Origin: an uncultured Acidobacteriota bacterium
GTDB taxonomy: Bacteria > Acidobacteriota > Terriglobia > Acidiferrales > UBA7541
DNA: 32,000 bases
Direction of reading: 5' to 3'
Assembly: GCA_963830375.1 (NCBI GenBank)
Contig: CAWHMJ010000001.1
Span: 260,632 to 292,631 of the forward strand
Shown here: positions 8,690-16,928 of the stretch, one piece after another
How the letters are laid out: the number at the start of each line of letters is the position of its first letter
Position numbering within the stretch: the stretch's first letter is position 1
The notes under the pieces: generated by a model
Database searches by the model: none
What the model saw: only the letters and a program-made list of their open reading frames with translations
What the model was told of the DNA's origin: nothing
Made by a program: the position numbers and the translations under genes

Positions 8690-9514
8690 TTGGCATTGTT
8701 AGCAAGCGTAGGCCTGCCTCTCTGGTTTCATCACGCGGCGAGTCAATCACAAACCACCGATGACCATGTAAATATTCTTATAGAGTCGAAATTGAACCCA
8801 GCAATAAAGGGGATAGCCGACCAACTAACAAGCTTGAATGAGCAAGTTGGGGAGTTAAAAGGCAGGTTCAACCAACTTGACTCAGAGCAAAAGAAAGCGA
8901 CGAAGCTACAGTTGAATAAGTTGTCTGCTCAAATTGCTGCTTCACTCTCATCTAAAACGAACATGAATCCGGAGATCGTTGTCCGCCTGGGAGAGGACGT
9001 GCTTCCGTTTGTGAAATCGAGCACCCCGAAATATCGCAAGCCGCATGGCGCGTGACCACGCTGCTCTCTGACTATAGATCGTTCCTAAATTCCACGCATG
9101 GACCGAATACCGCTAGTGCAATTGCGAAAGAACCAAGTGGAGTGGTGACTGAAGTGGAGTTTTCTGCACGTAAGTTGCCCGAGGCAAAGAATGCAGCTCT
9201 CGGAGTTCGGTATCTTCCCAACGAGCAGTGGCAGGTTCAGAAGCGCGAGTTTGTCGAGATTGGTAATGAAAATAAAGTCGTACGTGCGCCTGACTTGGGT
9301 CGTTGAAGGCGAAGGGATGGAAATCGCGCTTGATGGATACCACGTGCGAAACTCGATCATTCGAAATGCTCACGTTATCTACAACGGTGGCCCGCTCATC
9401 CTTGAAAACGTCTCTTTTGTGAATTGCGTATTTAGTTTGAAACAAACGCCAAAGGGCCAGCAATTCGCCGACAGCATACTTACGCAGCTTCCTGCCAGTT
9501 TCAAGACTTCGTAG
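8690..9514 (+). pseudogene. Orphan membrane-anchored coiled-coil protein with beta-rich C-terminal domain; at least 2 frameshifts as sequenced
   Basis: Three consecutive track ORFs (8690-9055, 9052-9306, 9191-9514) read as one protein if the frame is switched near 9030-9050 and 9275-9290. The parts are a hydrophobic N-terminus (ALLASVGLPLWF), a heptad-like stretch (LTSLNEQVGELKGRFNQLDSEQKKATKLQLNKLSAQIAAS), and a C-terminus LDGYHVRNSIIRNAHVIYNGGPLILENVSFVNCVF. AGGAG lies 5 nt before the TTG at 8690; ATG at 8605 is an alternative start needing another shift. Low GC. Confidence 0.5.
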
Positions 9515-9636
9515 GTCAACCTACAAACCTCAAATTGTATGACGCCCGTCCCGCAAGCCTTTGCGGTTACGTATCGTTCCTCAGTAGTACTGGCCTGACA
9601 AATGTGCTAGGCTCCGTGCCCGAAAGGAGACGAGCA

Positions 9637-9892
9637 ATGTCGAAATGGTCTAAGTGCCCACACTGTAAGGCGTCCAAGTACCACGATAAAGGGAGCCGAT
9701 GGAATGCGATGGTTGCGGCTATATGGATGGGGTTTCTCACAAGAGATCAAGAACGTCGGCTCTGGACGCGGCAATAGGTGTCCTTGGTGCAAAGGCCTCA
9801 CCTTGCACGACATTGTTGAGTTGCCGCACGGCGAAACCGTCCGACGCTGTGCAACGTGCAATTTCACAGCGATTGAACCGCTCTCCACATAA
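9637..9892 (+). pseudogene. Small tandem zinc-ribbon protein (four CxxC pairs), 2 frameshifts as sequenced
   Basis: AAAGGAGA lies 6 nt before ATG 9637. Frame a gives MSKWSKCPHCKASKYHDKGSR, frame b MECDGCGYMDG, and frame c FSQEIKNVGSGRGNRCPWCKGLTLHDIVELPHGETVRRCATCNFTAIEPLST. The junctions are near 9698 and 9730, the latter in a GGGG/TTT run. Joined, this is about 85 aa with CPHC...CDGC and CPWC...CATC. Confidence 0.55.
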
Positions 9893-9909
9893 CTGTTGGG
9901 AGGTATGGG

Positions 9910-10197
9910 ATGTCAGATATTTTGGGCCATGGAGAAGCCCAGCGGAACGTCGCAACAGGAATAGCCATCGAAGCGGGCGTTCTGCAGGTCTGTCCAATTC
10001 ACGAGGATGGCATCTTCATCGGGCATAACGATATCGAGGACGCCTATAAATTAGGGAGTGCGCGATTCAAACGAGGGGACGAAACTCTCACGCGACTCTT
10101 TTCGAATCAAAAAGAACTTACCGATTGCATTCAGGAAGCCGTGATAATGTTGGACAACGATGTCTGTGCCTCTTGCGATTCTACTGGTAACAGTTAA
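9910..10197 (+). CDS. Orphan 95-aa protein with CPxH ... CxxC cysteine/histidine pattern
   Basis: Intact ORF with GGGAGG upstream of the ATG. It contains VCPIHEDG and VCASCDS. No family recognised. Confidence 0.5.
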   Translation: MSDILGHGEAQRNVATGIAIEAGVLQVCPIHEDGIFIGHNDIEDAYKLGSARFKRGDETLTRLFSNQKELTDCIQEAVIMLDNDVCASCDSTGNS

Positions 10198-10205
10198 CTG
10201 ACCTT

Positions 10206-10779
10206 TTAATTAGCGTCATTGTACTTGGACAAGAATCCCAGGCCGTCGTGGGCGACCCAAAATCCAAAGTCCGCGTATCTTTCCGACCTACGGGCGTCTC
10301 GATATTCAGCTCTAAGGCGGATACACACATAGCGGCGCAAGCTCTTAAGGTCATTTCGTTCCGTCGGCGTCAAGCCTTCGTAAACGGGATATTGATTATC
10401 AGTGGTGCATGGTTGCCGTAGAGGGCGATGTTTTTGTAGCCTTGAAGCGCTCGGCGTTAGTGGTGAAATCCTCGAAGGGGAATGGAAGAATTTCAAGCCA
10501 AGTCTCATAACGAACGCTATAGGCAGGGGTGGGTCCTCTGTTGAACAATTGTAGGCGTACCCGTGGCGTATCGCTTAGCAACTCCGCAACTGGGTTCCCA
10601 TGTACGTCTGCAGCGAGTTGCGCTCGCTGGCCAGCCCACAGAGCTTCCGCGCTAATTCGCGTCGCTTTTGCAGCGCAAGCGGTGGCCCAAGATTGCCATC
10701 CGATGAAGGCGCATGTGATGATGCCGACGATCACCAGCCACCACTCAGGAGAGGCCAAAGCGCATTCGGAGAACTGCAT
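10206..10779 (-). pseudogene. Orphan N-terminally membrane-anchored protein, 1-2 frameshifts as sequenced
   Basis: ORF 10399-10779 (MQFSECALASPEWWLVIVGIITCAFIGWQSW..., one TM helix, LQLFNRGPTPA) continues into ORF 10206-10508 (...YEGLTPTERNDLKSLRRYVCIRLRAEYRD...FGFWVAHDGLGFLSKYNDAN). The break sits at a T5/A5 run at 10431-10435. A third frame (KNIALYGNHAPLIINIP) suggests a possible second shift near 10380-10390. Confidence 0.5.
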
Positions 10780-10814
10780 CTCGCAAATTTACCACAAAAT
10801 GCAAAACCAACGTA

Positions 10815-11088
10815 GGACGGGTGGCCGACCGTTCGACCTCACGCCTCACGTCAAATCACGCCAGGGATAAAATTGGGGCGGGTGCCGCACCTACGGCGCT
10901 AGGGCTTTCTGGTAATTATTCCCAGCCCTTACGGGCTGGGCTAACTTCTGACACGCCTCCGGCGTTAATTTGAATTGGCAATTTATTCCGTAATCGAAGA
11001 GTGCGGCACCCGCAAGATGCCGCGCTGAAGCCCGGCGCTACGAAAACCGAAGGGTCGGCCACCCGCAACCGAAGAGTCGGCCACCCGC
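10815..11088. repeat. Cluster of interspersed REP-like repeats (several families, both orientations)
   Basis: Inverted copies GGACGGGTGGCCGACCGTTCG (10815-10835) and GGGGCGGGTGCCGCACC (10875-10891). Hairpin CCCAGCCC-TTAC-GGGCTGGG (10921-10940). Forward copies CGAAGAGTGCGGCACCCGC (10995-11013), CCGAAGGGTCGGCCACCCGC (11047-11066) and CCGAAGAGTCGGCCACCCGC (11069-11088). GAAGCCCGGCGCTACGAAAAC is at about 11027-11047. Confidence 0.75.
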
Positions 11089-11105
11089 CGACGCCGAGAA
11101 CATCG

Positions 11106-11909
11106 CTATGGCTTGGTGGCGAAGTAGAGATGGCGGAGGAGGCGGTTTTCGGTGGACAGGATGTGGACGGAGGAGAGGAAGCGTTGCAGGCCGTCGAAGG
11201 TGGCGGGGCCTTCGGCGGCGAGCAAGTCCGGTTTGCGTTTTTCGCGGGCGTGGTGCCAGCGCTTTGAGATGCGGGCGGCGTTTTCGGTGGTGTCTATTGC
11301 GCGGATGCCGGAAAAGCCGGCTTGGTGCATGAGGCGTTCATTTTCGCCGGCTGGGCTGTAGGCGTAAAAGCCGATGGAGCTGCGGGTGGCGATTTCTTCG
11401 GCGGAAACCATTCCGGCGATTACGAGAGCGTCAGTGAAGAGGAAGCGGCCGCCGGGCTTCAGGACGCGGAAGATTTCGGCGAGGACGCCGAGCCTGCCGG
11501 GAACGTGGCACAAAACATCGTTTGAGAATGCGGCATCGAAAGTCTCTTCGTCGAAAGGGAGATCTTTCGAAGCGTCAACTTGCTGGAAACGCGCCAGTGC
11601 AGCGAGGCCTCTGGATTGCGCGAGCTGGTTGGCGTTGCGGATTCCGGATTCGTTGAGGTCCAGACCCAGGATGCGGCAGCCGACTTTTTCGGCGAGGTGC
11701 AAGGCGTAGCCGCCGGAACCGCAGCCAATCTCCAAGACATACGAATCGCGTTCGAGGGCGAGCAGTTCGGGAATTTCGGCGGACTCCTCAGTGGTGACCC
11801 AGCTTGTTTGGCCGAGGTCTTCGCCGTAGGTTTCGATGCGGACTTCGCGGTAGGCGTCCGACTCGTAATTTCCGTAGGCGTTGTTGTAGAGATCGAGCTT
11901 GGGTGACAT
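11106..11909 (-). CDS. Class I SAM-dependent methyltransferase
   Basis: Intact 267-aa ORF with motif I VLEIGCGSGGYALHLA, then ILGLDLN, and post-I/II motifs FDAAFSNDVLCHV and LKPGGRFLF. Confidence 0.85.
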   Translation of the reverse strand: MSPKLDLYNNAYGNYESDAYREVRIETYGEDLGQTSWVTTEESAEIPELLALERDSYVLEIGCGSGGYALHLAEKVGCRILGLDLNESGIRNANQLAQSRGLAALARFQQVDASKDLPFDEETFDAAFSNDVLCHVPGRLGVLAEIFRVLKPGGRFLFTDALVIAGMVSAEEIATRSSIGFYAYSPAGENERLMHQAGFSGIRAIDTTENAARISKRWHHAREKRKPDLLAAEGPATFDGLQRFLSSVHILSTENRLLRHLYFATKP

Positions 11910-11977
11910 GGCGAAGGTTCTCCTGAAGGCGCTTTGGCAGACCTATATTAACCGCTAACCGGACGGGTGGACGGTGG

Positions 11978-11997
11978 CGACCTGTGATTTAATAGAG
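11978..11997 (+). promoter_or_regulatory. Copy 1 of an exact 20-nt element CGACCTGTGATTTAATAGAG, 13 nt upstream of the DUF305 start codon
   Basis: Identical 20-mer at 16437-16456 in the same orientation and the same position relative to an SD/ATG. It contains a TGTGA half-site and an A/T-rich TTTAATAG segment that could be a -10 box. Confidence 0.5.
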
Positions 11998-12010
11998 ATG
12001 GGGGACGCTG

Positions 12011-12763
12011 ATGTTTAGGTATGCGCCGAAGTGGAAGCTCTGCGGTTTTGGCGGCGAGCGCAAGCTCCTTTCTGCAAGAGGACTGGCGGTGCTGTGCGGC
12101 ATGCTGCTCGCGGCGAGCGCTGCGACAGGTTTTTTCTGCTGCGGTGCGCGCGCGCAGCAGAGTGATTCGGCGACGCCGGTTGTGGTGCAGCCGGGTGCGC
12201 CGGGGAAGCCGAGCAAGACGCTGCCGCCGACGACGAAGGGCGCGCCGCCGCAATGGTCGCAGGCGGATGTGGAGTTCATGCAGGGCATGATCATGCATCA
12301 TGCGCAGGCGGTGGAGATGACGGCGCTGATTGCGTCGCACACGGAGAATAAGGATGTGCGGTCGCTGGGCGCGCGGATCAGCAGCTCGCAGTCGGACGAG
12401 ATAAAATTTATGCAGCGGTGGCTGGCGGCGCGGGGAGAACCGGTTTCCATGGCGATGGCGGGAATGCCGGGCATGGATACGTCGGGCAAACCGATGGCGC
12501 TGATGCCGGGGATGCTGACGGCGGAGCAGATGGAGGCGCTGCGGAAGGCGAAGGGCGCGGAGTTCGACCAGTTATTTTTGACGGGGATGATTCAGCACCA
12601 CAATGGCGCGTTGATCATGGTGAAGGATTTGTTCGATACGGCGGGCGCGGGGCAGGACGCGGACTTGTTCAACTTCGCGACGGATGCGGACAATACGCAA
12701 CGGGCGGAGATCAGGATTATGCAGGCGATGTTGGAGAAAAAACCGTTAGAGGAGAAACGATGA
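12011..12763 (+). CDS. DUF305 family (four-helix, HH-motif) secreted protein
   Basis: Signal-like N-terminus. Two DUF305 half-repeats: DVEFMQGMIMHHAQAVEMT and DQLFLTGMIQHHNGALIMV. The stop overlaps the next start (ATGA at 12760-12763). Confidence 0.8.
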   Translation: MFRYAPKWKLCGFGGERKLLSARGLAVLCGMLLAASAATGFFCCGARAQQSDSATPVVVQPGAPGKPSKTLPPTTKGAPPQWSQADVEFMQGMIMHHAQAVEMTALIASHTENKDVRSLGARISSSQSDEIKFMQRWLAARGEPVSMAMAGMPGMDTSGKPMALMPGMLTAEQMEALRKAKGAEFDQLFLTGMIQHHNGALIMVKDLFDTAGAGQDADLFNFATDADNTQRAEIRIMQAMLEKKPLEEKR

Positions 12764-14771
12764 ACCGAGTGCCCAGTGTTGCTTTTCGTGCGGCGGTGGC
12801 CGCGATTATTTTGTGTTCCGGTGTGAGCCGGATGCAGGCGCAGACGCCTGCGGCCCCGCCGCCCGCGCAGGAACCTGCGAAGACGCCGGAGCCGGACGAC
12901 AATCCGTTTGCGCCGAAGCCGGCTCCGCCGCTGCCGCCGGGAATGACGGGGTCGGATGCGAACGATCCGCGCTACAAGCTGACGCCGGGGCTGTATGACG
13001 CGGGCGAAGCGTCGATGGGCTTGAAGCACCTGCTGCTGCTCAAGAAGCCTGACGCGTTTCAACTGGGGGCCACGCGATCCCGACGATCCGAAGGTGCAAA
13101 AGATGCTTGGCCAGCTCGGCATGGGCGGCGCGTCGAAGATGCCGAAGGAGCTGCAGATGGTGATCGCGCAGCTGGCTTTCGCGAACTCGGACTTGGCGTT
13201 CCAGGGCAACCACCTTTTCCAGGGGAATTTTTACGGCGTGAATATTTATGACATCTCCAATCCGGCGCAGGCCGCGTTGGTAACTTCGATGGTGTGCCCG
13301 GGCGGGCAGGGCGATGTGTCGGTGTACAAGAACCTGCTGTTCATGTCGGTGGAGATGCCGAATGGACGGCTGGATTGCGGCGCGCAGGGGTTTCCGCCGG
13401 AGCCTCCGCCGCCAGCAGGGCATGAGAAGGAACGCCGCTTGCCGGCAGCGCAAAAGGACCGCTTCCGCGGCGTGAGGATCTTCGACATTTCGGACATCAA
13501 GAACCCGAAGCAAGTGGCAGCGGTGCAGACGTGCCGCGGATCGCATACGCATACGCTGGTGGTGGATCCGAACGACAAGGACAACGTTTATATCTACGTG
13601 TCGGGCACATCGTTTGTGCGCCAAGCGGAAGAACTGGCCGGATGCTCGGGCGAAGCGCCGGACAAGGATCCGAATACGGCGCTGTTTCGTATCGAAGTGA
13701 TCAAGGTTCCGGTGGCGGCGCCGCAGGACGCGAAGGTGGTGTCCAGCCCGCGCGTATTTATCGATCCGCGCACGGGCGCGCTGAACGGCCTGAGCAACGG
13801 CGGCAGCCATGACAAGGATGAAAAGAAGCCGGCGGACACGAACCAGTGCCACGACATCACGGTGTACTCGGCGATTGGATTGGCGGCGGGCGCGTGCTCG
13901 GGCAATGGAATTCTGCTGGACATCAAGGACCCGGTACATCCGAAGCGCGTGGATGCGGTGAACGATCCGAACTACTCGTACTGGCACTCGGCTTCGTTTT
14001 CGAACGATGGGACGAAGGTGGTGTTTACCGACGAGTGGGGCGGCGGGCTGGGGGCGCGGTGCCGTCCGAACGACCCGAACAAGTGGGGCGCGGACGCGAT
14101 CTTCCATCTGAATGACGACAAGTTGACCTTCGCGAGCTATTACAAGCTGCCGGCGGCGCAGGGCGACACGGAAAATTGCGTGGCGCACAACGGCTCGCTG
14201 ATTCCGGTTCCCGGGCGCGACATCGAAGTGCAGGCTTGGTATCAGGGCGGCGTTTCGGTTATGGACTTCACCGATGCGGCTCATCCGTTTGAGATTGCGT
14301 ACTTCGACCGCGGGCCGATCGATCCGAAGATGCTGGTGCTGGGCGGCGAATGGTCGGCGTATTGGTACAACGGCGACATCTACGGTTCGGAAATTGCGCG
14401 CGGGCTGGATATTTTTGAACTGACGCCGACGCAAGTTTCTGACGCAGAACGAAATCGACGCGGCGAAGACGGTTCGGGTGGCGGAGCTGAATGTGCAGAA
14501 CCAGCAGAAGATCGAGTGGCCTGCGCAGTTGGTGGTGGCGAAGGCGTACGTGGATCAGTTGGAGCGGTCGCAGGCTTTGCCGGCGGAGCGAATCGCAGCT
14601 CTGCGAGCGGCGATCCGCGACGCAGAGAATTCGCACATGAGCAAGAGCAAAGTGGCGAAGTTGAGCAGCATGGCGCCGTCCTTGGAAAAGAGCGCCGCTA
14701 TGTCGACAAGTCCGGCTGACGCGGCGCGGTTGCATGCTTTGGCGGATATTTTGAAGCATCCGTCAGCATAA
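12760..14771 (+). pseudogene. Secreted LVIVD-repeat beta-propeller protein, 2 frameshifts as sequenced
   Basis: Signal peptide MNRVPSVAFRAAVAAIILCSGVSRMQAQ plus a Pro-rich linker in the frame of ORF 12418-13251. The body in ORF 13094-14719 carries repeated motifs GVNIYDISNPAQA, GVRIFDISDIKNPKQV, GILLDIKDPVHPKRV, GVSVMDFTDAAHPFEI and GLDIFELTP. The tail is in ORF 14478-14771. The shifts are in a G5 run near 13066 and at an extra G at 14435. Confidence 0.8.
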
Positions 14772-14854
14772 GCACGTCGCGAAACTGACGGTTTGTCGTT
14801 TCGCGCGCGGGGCGAGGCGGCGGGTAACTTAATTGGAATCGGCGGAGCTGCTTG

Positions 14855-15526
14855 TCACTCGTGCAGGACAACGCTCAGAAGCGAAGTATCGATGTGCAGG
14901 CCGCCGTTGTACTTGATGAAGCCCAGTCTTCTGAATTTGTTCATGAAAAAATTCACGCGTGAGCGGGTGGTGCCGACCATTTCGGCGAGCATCTCCTGCG
15001 ATATTTTGGGGACCATCTTTTGGGGTTTGTCTTCCTTGCCGTAGCGCGCGAGCAGCAACAAGGTGCGCGCCAGCCGCTTCTCGCTGGAGTTAAAAAGCTG
15101 ATCGACCAGATCCTCTTCCACGCGGATGTTCCTGGAAAGCATGTAAGAGATGAAACGGTCGGAAAAGGCGTGTTCCGCGTGGAGGACGCGAATCATTTCC
15201 TTCTTTTCAATCACGAGCGCCGTGGTCGGCGTGATCGCAGTGGCCGACCCTATGCGAATCGGCTGACCGGCGAGGCATCCCTCGCCAAAAAAATCGCCGG
15301 GTCCCAAAACTGCGACAACGGCCTCTTTTCCCGTTTCATTGACTACCGAAAGCCGTACGGCGCCTTTCTGAATATATAAAACGTTCTTGGCGGAGTCGCC
15401 CTGCGAGAAGATCGTTTCCTTTTTCTTGAACTCCCTGACTTTCCGAGCTACACCGGCGGAATCGAGAAAAGCTTGGGCATCGAAGGCGGGGGCCTTCAGG
15501 TTTATATTCTTGTTTCTTTTGTCCAT
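14855..15526 (-). CDS. CRP/FNR family transcriptional regulator (cNMP-binding + HTH_Crp)
   Basis: FSQGDSAKNVLYIQKGAVRLSVVNETGKEAVVAVLGPGDFFGE, then SQEMLAEMVGTTRSRVNFFMNKFRRLGFI. I prefer ATG at 15526 (MDKRNKN) over the track TTG at 15547. Confidence 0.85.
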   Translation of the reverse strand: MDKRNKNINLKAPAFDAQAFLDSAGVARKVREFKKKETIFSQGDSAKNVLYIQKGAVRLSVVNETGKEAVVAVLGPGDFFGEGCLAGQPIRIGSATAITPTTALVIEKKEMIRVLHAEHAFSDRFISYMLSRNIRVEEDLVDQLFNSSEKRLARTLLLLARYGKEDKPQKMVPKISQEMLAEMVGTTRSRVNFFMNKFRRLGFIKYNGGLHIDTSLLSVVLHE

Positions 15527-15605
15527 TCCAGGAAAATGAATCCTCAAGAGAAATGTAACTTGGAGCGAGGATTATTGTCTGTAGGATATCCCACACTTTC
15601 GGCGG

Positions 15606-16331
15606 CTATTTCAGCCCAATCTCGCGATTATACTGTTGGATAACGCCGTAACACTCGCAGGTGCGCTCTTTGAGTTTTGCCCGGCTCAGAATCTGCACTG
15701 CGCCGCGCGTGTACTCAATGATCTGCTTGTCCTGCAAAACGCGAGCTGCTAAGCTCACGGTGGGCCGGTCCGTACCCAGCATGGTTGCAAGGAAATCGTG
15801 AGTGATAGCCAGGGCGGGGGAATCCACTCTGTCTTGAGTGATGAGCAGCCAGCGCGCGAGGCGCTGTTCGATATTGTGGAGCCGATTACATGCGGCTGTT
15901 TGAGCGAATTGCATCCCCTGAACTACAGCATAGCGGGTCAGAATCCGTTGAAGCTCCGGAGCTGATTGCAAGACGCTTTTCAATGCGCCGATTTTCACCC
16001 TGAACCCGTCTCCGGCGATTTGCACGATCTCGCGGACTTGATTCTTGTTTATGCCGACGGCCGCCTGGACTCCTGAAAACCCCTCCTTGCCGACCTCTCC
16101 TACTTCCACAGTTCGTCCATCTTCGGTCGCAATTACAAGAGACACCATGCCCGAATTCGGAAAATGCACGAACTCCAGCGGCTGGCCCGGTTCGTACAAG
16201 CTGAGATGGTGCGGCATGCTGATAAATTTCAAGTGAGGACGGATCAGCGCGTATTCCTTGTCAGCAATTGAGAGCAGGATCTTGTTGCCTACGCGGTTTC
16301 CCGCGGCGGTGGTCCGTTCGTTCGGCTGCAT
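15606..16331 (-). CDS. CRP/FNR family transcriptional regulator (second, divergent paralog)
   Basis: Intact 241-aa ORF with a beta-roll region (LYEPGQPLEFVHFPNSGMVSLVIATEDGRTVEVGEVGKEGFSG) and a C-terminal HTH (THDFLATMLGTDRPTVSLAARVLQDKQII). Confidence 0.8.
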   Translation of the reverse strand: MQPNERTTAAGNRVGNKILLSIADKEYALIRPHLKFISMPHHLSLYEPGQPLEFVHFPNSGMVSLVIATEDGRTVEVGEVGKEGFSGVQAAVGINKNQVREIVQIAGDGFRVKIGALKSVLQSAPELQRILTRYAVVQGMQFAQTAACNRLHNIEQRLARWLLITQDRVDSPALAITHDFLATMLGTDRPTVSLAARVLQDKQIIEYTRGAVQILSRAKLKERTCECYGVIQQYNREIGLK

Positions 16332-16436
16332 GATTAAAGTGTCATCTCCGTCTTTCTCGAACCACTACAACAGTAGCCCCGGCTCAAGCAGCAGTCTGTA
16401 TCATTTGGCACAGTTGGGTGTGAGTGTGCTTCATCA

Positions 16437-16456
16437 CGACCTGTGATTTAATAGAG
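16437..16456 (+). promoter_or_regulatory. Copy 2 of the exact 20-nt element CGACCTGTGATTTAATAGAG, 14 nt upstream of the zinc-ribbon micro-ORF start
   Basis: Identical to 11978-11997. Here it also completes a local palindrome ATCAC-GACCT-GTGAT (16433-16447). Confidence 0.5.
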
Positions 16457-16470
16457 CAAGAGGGATACTC

Positions 16471-16629
16471 ATGGGCGAGGCAAACGACGAGCGGTGCGGA
16501 AAATGCGGAGCGGAGATAGACCCTACCCGCCGAGTAGACTTCACGTTGAAGGACGGTACGCGGGTTTGCGATTCCTGCTTTGTAAAAGGGACGGCGAGCC
16601 CAACCCACCCGGGCGAAAAATCGTACTGA
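16471..16629 (+). CDS. 52-aa zinc-ribbon micro-protein (CxxC ... CxxC)
   Basis: Below the track size cut-off. AGAGGGA lies 5 nt before the ATG. Translation: MGEANDERCGKCGAEIDPTRRVDFTLKDGTRVCDSCFVKGTASPTHPGEKSY. The overlapping reverse ORF 16384-16608 looks non-coding. Confidence 0.45.
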   Translation: MGEANDERCGKCGAEIDPTRRVDFTLKDGTRVCDSCFVKGTASPTHPGEKSY

Positions 16630-16732
16630 ATTTATGTCTGCGCGATACTGATTAGAAATTCATCGTGGAATTCAAGAGCGTTCCTCGCTTTCGCAACCCC
16701 GCAAGAGAATGGACACCGGAGAAACCGGCCCG

Positions 16733-16904
16733 CCTAAAGGCGGCCGCTACAAGAGCAGAAACAAAAACCCTGCGCTCCGAATAAAAATCAAAAGCCGAAG
16801 AGTGTGGCCCCCGCAAAGCTAAGGTTCAACTGATGGTTGGAAGGGTGCGTCCGGCAACCGAGGAAAGAGCAGATTCCTCGTCGCTGCGCTCCTCGGAATG
16901 ACAG
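16733..16904. repeat. Cluster of interspersed REP-like repeats
   Basis: CCTAAAGGCGGCCGCTACAAGAGC (16733-16756, the GCCGGCGCTACRAAA family), CCGAAGAGTGTGGCCCCCGC (16795-16814), and GATTCCTCGTCGCTGCGCTCCTCGGAATGACA (16872-16904). From memory, the last is a motif seen in many soil-bacterial genomes. Confidence 0.7.
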
Positions 16905-16928
16905 GGTGTGAGTTAGGCGCTGAGAGGA

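Noticed and set aside
13040-14434. 464-aa ORF on the minus strand, the longest single ORF in this region of the track
   Set aside because: It lies antisense to the LVIVD-repeat gene. Its translation is Arg/His/Leu-rich low-complexity text (RRRQFKNIQPARNFRTVDVAVV..., many RR/HR runs) with no domain pattern. This is a typical shadow ORF of high-GC coding DNA.
11978-16456. The two 20-nt copies as attL/attR of an integrated 4.5-kb cassette
   Set aside because: No integrase or recombinase lies between or beside them. GC and codon appearance of the enclosed genes match the core genome. Both copies sit at the same 13-14-nt distance from a start codon, which fits a regulatory element better.
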